Assembly (NCBI GenBank): GCA_963682135.1
Contig: OY821645.1
Coordinates: 2,240,001 to 2,304,000 of the forward strand
From: Methanothrix sp.
Lineage (GTDB): Archaea > Halobacteriota > Methanosarcinia > Methanotrichales > Methanotrichaceae
Reading direction: 5' to 3'
DNA: 64,000 bases
Part shown: positions 41,001 to 49,240 of the stretch, in pieces
Numbering within the stretch: the stretch's first letter is position 1
Layout: every line of letters starts with the position of its first letter
Position numbers and translations under genes: made by a program
The notes under the pieces: generated by a model
Told to the model about the DNA's origin: nothing
What the model saw: the letters and a program-made list of their open reading frames with translations, nothing else
The model's database searches: none

Positions 41001-43702
41001 TGGCTCTGAGCGATGACAAGATCGGAACTATAACTCCTGGCCAGACAACTCTCGCTTCGGGAGAGACCACTACTGCAACAGGCATATACACCGTGCTCGA
41101 AGGCGATCTGCCCGGACCGCTCACCAACATCGTCACAGTTTCGGCCACGGACAGCCAGAACCAGGCCGTAACAGCTACGCAGACAGCCACAGTCGCCCTG
41201 ACTTATACCACCAAACTGGAAGTTGCCAAGGTGGCGTCGACGGGAACTGCAGCCGTAGGATCAACCATAACCTATAGCTACACAGTCAAGAACTCCGGAA
41301 CGGTCACCATAAATGGGCTCTCCATGAATGATGACAAGCTCGGCGACATAACCCTGGACGCGAATACACTCGCACCGGGTGCAACTGCCAATGGAACGGC
41401 AACTCACCTCGTAGTGGAAGCCGATCTGCCTGGACCTATTATCAATACGGTAATTGTGACAGGTACAGACAGCCAGAACAATCCTGCCACGGCAACAGCA
41501 ACGGCCACGGTCCAGCTTACCTATACCGCTGCTCTGCAGGTGACCAAGACTCCATCATCCAACACTGCTGCTGTGGGTGAGACTGTAACCTACCAGTATT
41601 CCGTTGTGAACACTGGAAACGTAACCGTAAATGCTCTGACCCTGACAGATGACAAGCTCGGCGATATTACCATGAGTGCCGCCTCGCTGGCTCCGGGAGC
41701 GACGGCCACAGGATCAGCGACGCACACCATCGTCGAGACTGACCTGCCCGGACCTCTGACCAACACGGCAACGGCTAAAGCAACTGACAGCCAGAATAAG
41801 CCGGTTACAGCAACGGCAACGGCGACGGTAACCCTGACCTACACGGCCACGATGGAAGTTACCAAGTCTCCGTCCGCAGCTTCGGCCAGAGTAGGAGAGA
41901 GCATAACCTACACCTACACTGTAAGAAACACGGGAACAGTCTCCATCAAAGGACTGAAGTTGAGTGACGACAAGCTAAAGGAAATCAAAGTAGATAAAGA
42001 TACATTGGTACCGGGCGATACGGCTACCGGAACGGCTACCTACACTATCCTCGAGACGGATCTGCCAGGACCGTTGACAAATGTAGTCACGGTGACGGCA
42101 ACGGATAGCGCCGGGAAGGCAATGACGAGCGAAGCTCGGGCCTCTGTGGAATTAACCTATTCTGCAAGCATGGAGATCGTCAAGACGCCATCCTCCACCA
42201 CGGCCAAAGTGGGAGATACCGTAACCTACTCCTATACAGTGAGGAACACAGGAGAAGTAACTCTCAATGGTCTGGCGCTCACCGACGACAAGCTTGGCGC
42301 TATCAAGATCAACGCCAATACGCTGGCTGCCGGCGAAACGGCGACGGGCACATCAACGCACATCGTAGTTGAGGGCGATCTGCCCGGACCTTTGACCAAC
42401 ATCGTCACAGGTACGGCTACGGACACCCAGGGACAGCCGATTACCGCCACGGCAACAGCAACGGTCGCATTGACCTACACAGCCGCCCTGAACGTTACCA
42501 AGGAGCCATCTGCCAAAACCGCAGCCATCGGTGACACGGTAACCTACAGGTTCACTGTGAAGAACACAGGAAGCGTTACGGTTAACGGTCTGACCCTGAC
42601 GGATGACAAGCTAGGCACCATAAATCCACAACAGGCCACACTTGCACCGGGTGAGACCACGACCGCCTCGATGGATCACATAGTTGTCGAGTCGGATCTG
42701 CCCAGCCCCTTAACCAACGTGGTTACCGCTGCGGCCAATGACATCCTGGGGCAGCCGGTCACATCTACCGCCACTGCTACTGTAGCTCTGACCTACACGG
42801 CAACTGTAGAGATGACAAAGGTTGCATCTCCCACTTCAGCAAAGGTGGGTGAGAAGGTAACTTACACCTACACCATAAGGAATAGCGGAAAGGTCACAAT
42901 CAGCGAACTGGTACTGACGGACGATAAGCTGGGTAGCGTTACTCTGGGCCAAAGATCGGTAGCACCAGGAGGAACGGTAACCGGAAGTGCAACTTACACC
43001 ATCGACGTGAAAGATGTACCGGGACCCATAATCAACACCGCACTACTTGCGGGCAAGGATCCGGCAGGCGGTAGCGTCAGCACCAGGGCCACGGCAACCG
43101 TGACCATAACCAGGGATGCCATTACTCCGACGGTGACATGCGTTGCAGCCAACAGCGACGGCACTTTCACCGCATTCTTTGGCTACAACAATCCCAACAG
43201 CTATGCAGTCACCATAGAGGTAGGAAAGGATAACCAGTTCACGCCACCCCCAGACAGCCGGGGACAGCCCACCACCTTTGAACCGGGAAGCCAGACAGCC
43301 GTCTTTACGGTCGATTCCAAGGGCGAATCTCTAGTATGGCATCTGGAGGGTACCATTGCAGAAGCCAACAAGAACTCAGGCGGATGCTCCATGGCTTCTT
43401 GCGCCTTGGACGGGCCGACTGCCCTCTGCCAGAATAAGGAGGAGACTTACAGCTACACTGCAAAAGAGGATGCAAAGTTCAAGCATAACTACGACTGGTC
43501 CATGGATGACAAACCCCTGGGCTCCGGCAAGAGCATCACCATCTCCGGCAGCAAATTCGAGATGGGAGAGCATAAGCTCAAGCTGAAGGTCAGCAGGAAT
43601 TACAGAGAAAAAGCCTGGTCGAGTGCAGAGTGCAGCATGGCTGTAAAGGTCATACCCGAACCATCCGCGGACATATCCATGGACGAGGAGGGAGGTGACT
43701 AA
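38024..43702 (+). CDS. Giant secreted surface protein with 14 tandem DUF11/DUF7507-like Ig domains
   Basis: Signal peptide; 106-aa (318-bp) repeats L.VTK.PS....VG..VTYTYTV.NTG.V....L.L.DDKLG...E.DLPGPLTN. Confidence 0.9.
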   Translation: MSYRNKAIALVMLLSLVYLLAGLSLGAVAAPPSLTINQLVTSEQTVTLKAPSGDYYYQWTADTGGATIGQATTQSFSFKAPLVTQDEGSKAVTISLYIRTKEGGCVNQTSTTINVYSLPVCGISGPISVGPYETATYSYSGGTSGKTTFVWNVDGKNIDGATGPSVAIDWTKYSLVNHTIGMTLTKDYSDVAPGSTNPFRSISCTFQTNVTYTTGMQVTKTPSAAFAAVGQSVIYTYTVQNTGTIGINSLTLSDDKLGTLTPAAKTILPGASTTATATYIIKESDLPGPLTNTVTVSGVEDRTNKPVSAKANATVALTYNAALNLTKVPSSATAKVGDTVTYKFTVTNTGNVTIKGLNLTDDKLGTIKTDKTELAPGAVATASATHVVLESDLPGPLTNVATIEGTDIQDQPVTATATASIALTYTSGLAVTKKPSSNTAKIGDTVTYQFSVTNNGTVTINGLALNDDKLGIITLDKASLPPGETATGSATHTIIETDLPGPLTNIATATGTDSQGVAVTGQATAAVQLTYTSTLQVTKTPSTTKANVGETITYQFQVKNTGSVTINALALNDDKLGGVTLDRESLLPGESANGTATHVVVEGDLPGPLTNVATATGTDRLGTTVTTTATATVQLTYTAALQVTKIPSANTAAIGETVTYQYSIVNTGNVTVNALTLTDDKLGDITLNTAQLAPGGTATGSATHTIVEKDLPGPLTNIATAKATDSQNKPVTATATATVQLTYTSSMSVTKVPSSTTAGVGEPVTYTYTVSNTGTINITGLSLSDDKLGKITIDRTSLAPGESAIGTITYTVLEGDLPGPLTNIVTATATDSLKQPITATATATVALTYTASLDVAKVPSSTTAVVGEQVTYTYTVTNTGNVTLKGLALSDDKIGTITPAKTTIASGETTTATGTYTVLEGDLPGPLTNVVTVTATDSQNQPVTNTATATVTLTYTASMSVTKVPSSTTAGVGEQVTYTYTVKNTGNVTLNALALSDDKIGTITPGQTTLASGETTTATGIYTVLEGDLPGPLTNIVTVSATDSQNQAVTATQTATVALTYTTKLEVAKVASTGTAAVGSTITYSYTVKNSGTVTINGLSMNDDKLGDITLDANTLAPGATANGTATHLVVEADLPGPIINTVIVTGTDSQNNPATATATATVQLTYTAALQVTKTPSSNTAAVGETVTYQYSVVNTGNVTVNALTLTDDKLGDITMSAASLAPGATATGSATHTIVETDLPGPLTNTATAKATDSQNKPVTATATATVTLTYTATMEVTKSPSAASARVGESITYTYTVRNTGTVSIKGLKLSDDKLKEIKVDKDTLVPGDTATGTATYTILETDLPGPLTNVVTVTATDSAGKAMTSEARASVELTYSASMEIVKTPSSTTAKVGDTVTYSYTVRNTGEVTLNGLALTDDKLGAIKINANTLAAGETATGTSTHIVVEGDLPGPLTNIVTGTATDTQGQPITATATATVALTYTAALNVTKEPSAKTAAIGDTVTYRFTVKNTGSVTVNGLTLTDDKLGTINPQQATLAPGETTTASMDHIVVESDLPSPLTNVVTAAANDILGQPVTSTATATVALTYTATVEMTKVASPTSAKVGEKVTYTYTIRNSGKVTISELVLTDDKLGSVTLGQRSVAPGGTVTGSATYTIDVKDVPGPIINTALLAGKDPAGGSVSTRATATVTITRDAITPTVTCVAANSDGTFTAFFGYNNPNSYAVTIEVGKDNQFTPPPDSRGQPTTFEPGSQTAVFTVDSKGESLVWHLEGTIAEANKNSGGCSMASCALDGPTALCQNKEETYSYTAKEDAKFKHNYDWSMDDKPLGSGKSITISGSKFEMGEHKLKLKVSRNYREKAWSSAECSMAVKVIPEPSADISMDEEGGD
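38650..43110 (+). repeat. 14 x 318-bp coding tandem repeat (boundaries approximate)
   Basis: Recurrent GATCTGCCCGGACC and GACAAGCT motifs at a 318-bp period. Confidence 0.85.
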
Positions 43703-44051
43703 GAAGCTGAGAGTATTCTTCATGCACCTGGTGGCTGCTCCGCCCCAGGTGTAACCATTTTTATTAATTTTATGCACTAAATAAATATAAATTTTTAATC
43801 TGCATTAAATCCTATCCGGAAAAAAGATACTGCCGCCGGATGACGAGCCGTCATTGGCTTCCAGGTTTCAATCCTTGTTTTTGTGGAACTCACCCACGGA
43901 GCTCAAGGGGCCGGATTATCCGATCAATATTATCGCGTTTCAATCCTTGTTTTTGTGGAACTCGCCCCCGGAGTTCATGCAGATTCGTGCAGAAGAGGCG
44001 CACCGTCCGGTTTCCCATGGAAAACCACATAAATCATAATCAGGAGGCGAC

Positions 44052-45377
44052 CTATTCACCTCCCCCGGATGGCCTTTTCTGGCCGGGTTTTGTTATAGAA
44101 ATGGCTCCAAGCTCACGCATAAGAGCATTCTTCCTGCTGCCCTCTTTCAGGTGATAAAAGGCGTCCACAATTGCAGCTACTCTATCCGTCAATTGCTCAT
44201 CCTGAAATGAAGGTGCCTGGCAGGACTTATCCTGACTTGCTCCTCTCGATCTGCATTCACCTTCCTGATACAGCTCCTGGTTGATAAGAAGATGATGAAT
44301 GAGACAGATAAGCTTCCTGGCTACAGCAATAGTGGCTACATTTGGCTCCTTCTTTTTGACCAACCTCTGGAAGAACCTGGAAAGCCGTGTATTTTTCATT
44401 CTTCCGATGGTCTTTGCAGCCTGAACCAGCATAACTCTAATGTACTTGGAACCCTTCTTTGTAATTCCGCATTTTTTCTTTTTGCCCGCAGATTCGCTTT
44501 CTCCAGGATTGAGGCCGCACCATTTAGCGAGTTGGTCAGGTGTCTGAAAATCACGGTAATTTCCAATTTCAGACAATATGGCCGATGCGGATACGAATCC
44601 AATTCCTGGAATTGACATGACGATGGCCAGGTCTTTGCTCTTCTGCTGAATCTTTTTCAGGACCTCATGGCTCAGCTTTTCTATTTTGGATTCGAGATTA
44701 TCAATGAATTCCAGGGCATCTATTAAGAGCATTCTGTTTGTATCATCAAGACTTCTTTCAAGTGCTACCCTAATTTCGTCTTGCTTTTTCCTTATTTTTC
44801 CGGATGGGATGCCTTTCAAGATCTTCTCGATGGACTTCTTTTTTGCCAGACCGTCCAAAATATATCTGCCGGATTTGCAGAATATGTCGTCCATGCAAGA
44901 ACTGAGTTTGATCCCGCATGATGAAAGGTATTTGTGTATCCGATTCCGGAACTGAGTTCGTGTCTTGACATATCCGGACCTGGCTCGAGTTAGAGTCCTG
45001 AGATCTCGGTCTTCATTGGTAAATACCCTAGAGCGCTTGATTTGATTGTTCAGGCAAAGAGATGCAATCCGCTTTGAGTCTTTTGAATCAGATTTGTCGT
45101 TGGGAATAGTCTTTATCTGCAACGGATTGGCAACGATTGTATCTATGGTTTTGCTCAATGCATCATAGATCGGTATCCAATAGACTCCAGTAGCCTCAAA
45201 TGCCACCTGTTCGCATTTGTTGGCTACCAGCCATTTGCGAAATTTCCTAAGTTCAGTTTTCGTTGTCCCAAAATCCATTCGAATCGGTTGAAAATCATCG
45301 CCTGTTATTGTTGCCACGATCAAATCTTTATGGACATCTGCACCGCAAACTCTATCTCTTCGTTTTTTCATATACAT
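44052..45377 (-). CDS. IS110-family (DEDD) transposase/recombinase, copy A
   Basis: GADVHKD, AFEATG.YW, KSD.KD, SIPGIG, GLNPGESESAG (catalytic Ser loop), VARKL; start at 45377 or 45371. Confidence 0.96.
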   Translation of the reverse strand: MYMKKRRDRVCGADVHKDLIVATITGDDFQPIRMDFGTTKTELRKFRKWLVANKCEQVAFEATGVYWIPIYDALSKTIDTIVANPLQIKTIPNDKSDSKDSKRIASLCLNNQIKRSRVFTNEDRDLRTLTRARSGYVKTRTQFRNRIHKYLSSCGIKLSSCMDDIFCKSGRYILDGLAKKKSIEKILKGIPSGKIRKKQDEIRVALERSLDDTNRMLLIDALEFIDNLESKIEKLSHEVLKKIQQKSKDLAIVMSIPGIGFVSASAILSEIGNYRDFQTPDQLAKWCGLNPGESESAGKKKKCGITKKGSKYIRVMLVQAAKTIGRMKNTRLSRFFQRLVKKKEPNVATIAVARKLICLIHHLLINQELYQEGECRSRGASQDKSCQAPSFQDEQLTDRVAAIVDAFYHLKEGSRKNALMRELGAISITKPGQKRPSGGGE

Positions 45378-45604
45378 TTCTGCCTGGTATGGGCAGATGA
45401 TGTTTCCCTGATATGAGATAATTTCCCATACGCGTTCTATGACGCAGTCCCGTATTCGGGGGATCTTGGCTCGTTTCAATCGCGGGATCAGCCGTCCCAT
45501 AAACTTGTCAGCCTTCACTGCCCATAACCACATTTAACGTGAACGGATTACAATATGTGGTTTTCCATCCGTCACGTGTGAGCCTCTGCCTGGGGCGCAT
45601 GGGC
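45378..45604 (-). ncRNA. Candidate bridge RNA region of IS110 copy A
   Basis: About 230-nt 5' non-coding end with hairpins, a 9-nt match to the target repeat (45473-45481) and matches to the donor junction; RNA ends unknown. Confidence 0.6.
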
Positions 45605-46305
45605 GTTTCAATCCTTGTTTTTGTGGAACTCGCCCTCGGAGGATACCGATTTCAGTTATATCAAGTGTTTCACAAAGAAGTTTCAATCCTTGTTTTTGTG
45701 GAACTCGCCCTCGGAGTTTCTGCTATCCTGGCCGTCGCCGGGTAGTTCCTGAGTTTCAATCCTTGTTTTTGTGGAACTCGCCCTCGGAGATGTCTATCCT
45801 CATTCCGGTCCTACGAGCAAAGTCTTGTTTCAATCCTTGTTTTTGTGGAACTCGCCCTCGGAGGCAGAAGATGAAAAGATAGAGTACCGGATGAACGAGT
45901 TTCAATCCTTGTTTTTGTGGAACTCGCCCTCGGAGCAAACTACGGTCGATGCTATCAAGGCCAAGACTGAGTTTCAATCCTTGTTTTTGTGGAACTCGCC
46001 CTCGGAGCCAGGATGAAGCAACTTGACCTTTCCAGCTTCAAAAGGTTTCAATCCTTGTTTTTGTGGAACTCGCCCTCGGAGTCATTTAAGCCACCGCCTC
46101 TGTCCACTCATAGTTCAGTTTCAATCCTTGTTTTTGTGGAACTCGCCCTCGGAGGCCAAGATTACCCTCAAGGATGCAGCAGAGGTGGGTTTCAATCCTT
46201 GTTTTTGTGGAACTCGCCCTCGGAGGGACTGGACAATCAAGGGAAGCGGTGCCGTCACCGCCAGTTTCCCATGGAAAACCACATAAATCATAATCAGGAG
46301 GCGAC

Positions 46306-47631
46306 CTATTCACCTCCCCCGGATGGCCTTTTCTGGCCGGGTTTTGTTATAGAAATGGCTCCAAGCTCACGCATAAGAGCATTCTTCCTGCTGCCCTCTT
46401 TCAGGTGATAAAAGGCGTCCACAATTGCAGCTACTCTATCCGTCAATTGCTCATCCTGAAATGAAGGTGCCTGGCAGGACTTATCCTGACTTGCTCCTCT
46501 CGATCTGCATTCACCTTCCTGATACAGCTCCTGGTTGATAAGAAGATGATGAATGAGACAGATAAGCTTCCTGGCTACAGCAATAGTGGCTACATTTGGC
46601 TCCTTCTTTTTGACCAACCTCTGGAAGAACCTGGAAAGCCGTGTATTTTTCATTCTTCCGATGGTCTTTGCAGCCTGAACCAGCATAACTCTAATGTACT
46701 TGGAACCCTTCTTTGTAATTCCGCATTTTTTCTTTTTGCCCGCAGATTCGCTTTCTCCAGGATTGAGGCCGCACCATTTAGCGAGTTGGTCAGGTGTCTG
46801 AAAATCACGGTAATTTCCAATTTCAGACAATATGGCCGATGCGGATACGAATCCAATTCCTGGAATTGACATGACGATGGCCAGGTCTTTGCTCTTCTGC
46901 TGAATCTTTTTCAGGACCTCATGGCTCAGCTTTTCTATTTTGGATTCGAGATTATCAATGAATTCCAGGGCATCTATTAAGAGCATTCTGTTTGTATCAT
47001 CAAGACTTCTTTCAAGTGCTACCCTAATTTCGTCTTGCTTTTTCCTTATTTTTCCGGATGGGATGCCTTTCAAGATCTTCTCGATGGACTTCTTTTTTGC
47101 CAGACCGTCCAAAATATATCTGCCGGATTTGCAGAATATGTCGTCCATGCAAGAACTGAGTTTGATCCCGCATGATGAAAGGTATTTGTGTATCCGATTC
47201 CGGAACTGAGTTCGTGTCTTGACATATCCGGACCTGGCTCGAGTTAGAGTCCTGAGATCTCGGTCTTCATTGGTAAATACCCTAGAGCGCTTGATTTGAT
47301 TGTTCAGGCAAAGAGATGCAATCCGCTTTGAGTCTTTTGAATCAGATTTGTCGTTGGGAATAGTCTTTATCTGCAACGGATTGGCAACGATTGTATCTAT
47401 GGTTTTGCTCAATGCATCATAGATCGGTATCCAATAGACTCCAGTAGCCTCAAATGCCACCTGTTCGCATTTGTTGGCTACCAGCCATTTGCGAAATTTC
47501 CTAAGTTCAGTTTTCGTTGTCCCAAAATCCATTCGAATCGGTTGAAAATCATCGCCTGTTATTGTTGCCACGATCAAATCTTTATGGACATCTGCACCGC
47601 AAACTCTATCTCTTCGTTTTTTCATATACAT
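46306..47631 (-). CDS. IS110-family transposase/recombinase, copy B
   Basis: Translation identical to copy A. Confidence 0.96.
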   Translation of the reverse strand: MYMKKRRDRVCGADVHKDLIVATITGDDFQPIRMDFGTTKTELRKFRKWLVANKCEQVAFEATGVYWIPIYDALSKTIDTIVANPLQIKTIPNDKSDSKDSKRIASLCLNNQIKRSRVFTNEDRDLRTLTRARSGYVKTRTQFRNRIHKYLSSCGIKLSSCMDDIFCKSGRYILDGLAKKKSIEKILKGIPSGKIRKKQDEIRVALERSLDDTNRMLLIDALEFIDNLESKIEKLSHEVLKKIQQKSKDLAIVMSIPGIGFVSASAILSEIGNYRDFQTPDQLAKWCGLNPGESESAGKKKKCGITKKGSKYIRVMLVQAAKTIGRMKNTRLSRFFQRLVKKKEPNVATIAVARKLICLIHHLLINQELYQEGECRSRGASQDKSCQAPSFQDEQLTDRVAAIVDAFYHLKEGSRKNALMRELGAISITKPGQKRPSGGGE

Positions 47632-47858
47632 TTCTGCCTGGTATGGGCAGATGATGTTTCCCTGATATGAGATAATTTCCCATACGCGTTCTATGACGCA
47701 GTCCCGTATTCGGGGGATCTTGGCTCGTTTCAATCGCGGGATCAGCCGTCCCATAAACTTGTCAGCCTTCACTGCCCATAACCACATTTAACGTGAACGG
47801 ATTACAATATGTGGTTTTCCATCCGTCACGTGTGAGCCTCTGCCTGGGGCGCATGGGC
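47632..47858 (-). ncRNA. Candidate bridge RNA region of IS110 copy B
   Basis: Same sequence as copy A; GTTTCAATC at 47727-47735. Confidence 0.6.
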
Positions 47859-48189
47859 GTTTCAATCCTTGTTTTTGTGGAACTCGCCCTCGGAGATTGA
47901 ACGATAATGTCACGGATGACAGTGGAAATGGTAAGTTTCAATCCTTGTTTTTGTGGAACTCGCCCTCGGAGTTCGGGGCGATATACTGGAGCTTTCCGGG
48001 TCGGAGGGTTTCAATCCTTGTTTTTGTGGAACTCGCCCTCGGAGCCTGGAACGGTCCGGCCAGTGCGGTGTCTGAGCTGTGTTTCAATCCTTGTTTTTGT
48101 GGAACTCGCCCTCGGAGAGGGAACATTTCGTTGAAGCCGACAAATTGATTGAGTTTCAATCCTTGTTTTTGTGGAACTCGCCCTCGGAG

Positions 48190-48400
48190 AGCGGCTTTTT
48201 TTCGTCCTTTTCCCTGTTTCTCATCGTCAAACCGGCCTTTTCTCACCCTCCTTAAATCATGAGTAGAATTTATTAGAGGGCTTATAAATTCATTCCGGCA
48301 GGTGGGCCAAAAAATAGGCTTCCTGCCAAAAAACAGATAATGCATACCTATTTCTGTTTTGCATATGCACCGTGACTTTTGTAAACCTATTTCTCATCTG
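48190..48400 (-). promoter_or_regulatory. CRISPR leader with archaeal TATA box
   Basis: AT-rich non-coding DNA beside the conserved end of the array; minus-strand TTTATAAG near 48281-48289. Confidence 0.7.
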
Positions 48401-48541
48401 CAAATATCCTCTTGGTAGAAAAAGGTTTTTATGGAAAGGCTTCCATAAAACATACTCAATGTGCGAGAGTTCGAATCCAGTGAATTACTCCATGCGCAAG
48501 ATTTTCTTCGCAGATGACTCGACTCTGATCTCAATATATTA

Positions 48542-49216
48542 TTAGCCTTTGTTTTCCGCAAGCTTCAGCCCAACAACCGCCCCGTAACCTCTGGAGACAG
48601 ACTTGCCCAGCCCCAGGAGGTCTGGAATGGCGAAGGTTGTGGTGAACTCGCCTCGTATTCCCGTTACCTTTGTTCCCTTCAGCAGGCAGATCTCGTCCTG
48701 CATCCTGCCAACCTCCAGCCGAATGTGCTCTTTGGCCACGTAGCCCAGCCCCTTGGAGGCGGATAGGATGTTGCCCACCAGTATTCTTCTCAGCAGATCT
48801 CTTCTTTCCTCTCTGTTTGCATTTATGTATTTGGGATAGTTTTCCTGGCTCAGCGCCAACCAGGGCGTGGCGAAACTGTAGCTGTGAATCACCTCAGAGC
48901 AGCCGAACTCCTCACTCTTTAGGGTAATGCCGCGCTCCATGATGCTGTATTTGCTATCGCCCAATTTGATCTCATCGAATTTGTCGTAGATCTCCTTCAG
49001 GACATCTGCCCCCTCGTTGATGCCCAGCACGAGGGGACTATCTTCCAGCATCTTGTACTGGATGAGCGGATACTTGTAGATCAGCTTGTCTGTCACATGC
49101 TGGTGTAGCAGTGCATGCTCATTGAAGCTGGTGGCAAAGAAGCCGCGCAGTTTGGCGGCGTCCCCGTGCATGGGCGCGTCCGAGTGCAGGGTGAGGCGGA
49201 GGATTTTGAGGATCAT
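48542..49216 (-). CDS. cas6: CRISPR endoribonuclease Cas6 (Cas6b type)
   Basis: KLRGFF, IYKYPLIQYK, F.TPWLAL.QENY, LVGNILS..KGL, GLGKSVSRGYG glycine loop. Confidence 0.93.
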   Translation of the reverse strand: MILKILRLTLHSDAPMHGDAAKLRGFFATSFNEHALLHQHVTDKLIYKYPLIQYKMLEDSPLVLGINEGADVLKEIYDKFDEIKLGDSKYSIMERGITLKSEEFGCSEVIHSYSFATPWLALSQENYPKYINANREERRDLLRRILVGNILSASKGLGYVAKEHIRLEVGRMQDEICLLKGTKVTGIRGEFTTTFAIPDLLGLGKSVSRGYGAVVGLKLAENKG

Positions 49217-49240
49217 GGTCGTCAAGGATTTTCGTTTCGT

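Larger units (their letters stand above)
44015..45604 (-). mobile_element. IS110-family element, copy A (1590 bp, flanked by GTTTC on both sides)
   Basis: Appears identical to copy B at offset 2254; 15-bp inverted repeats ATGGAAAACCACATA (44017-44031) and TATGTGGTTTTCCAT (45554-45568). Confidence 0.95.
46269..47858 (-). mobile_element. IS110-family element, copy B
   Basis: Same ends and identical protein to copy A; GTTTC at 46264-46268 and a full repeat from 47859. Confidence 0.95.
43865..48189 (-). CRISPR. CRISPR array with 16 repeats of 37 bp and 15 spacers (34-39 bp), interrupted by two IS110 copies
   Basis: Repeat GTTTCAATCCTTGTTTTTGTGGAACTCGCCCTCGGAG starts at 43865, 43937, 45605, 45680, 45753, 45827, 45899, 45971, 46045, 46118, 46189, 47859, 47935, 48008, 48081 and 48153. 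The first two are degenerate (trailer); the minus-strand form ends in ATTGAAAC. Confidence 0.98.

Noticed and set aside
44010-44014. GTTTC as a classical target-site duplication
   Set aside because: IS110 enzymes do not make TSDs; a core or microhomology shared by donor and target fits better, and the exact crossover within GTTTC cannot be fixed from sequence
45378-45533. 52-aa N-terminal extension of the transposase in the ORF track
   Set aside because: IS110 proteins begin a few residues before the G.D motif; this stretch is better explained as the structured non-coding end
45569-45604. The 36-nt segment as a genuine duplicated CRISPR spacer
   Set aside because: It has no repeat on its other side, is identical in both IS copies and completes the junction palindrome, so it is treated as part of the element
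43902-48152. Self-targeting by the 15 native spacers
   Set aside because: No match was noticed by eye within this window; a proper search against the whole genome was not possible
43840-48345. Short ORFs across the array (FQSLFLWNSPSE, VSILVFVELALG)
   Set aside because: They are translations of the CRISPR repeats
48460-48482. GTTCGAATCC resembling a tRNA T-loop or att site
   Set aside because: No T-stem, acceptor stem or cloverleaf around it
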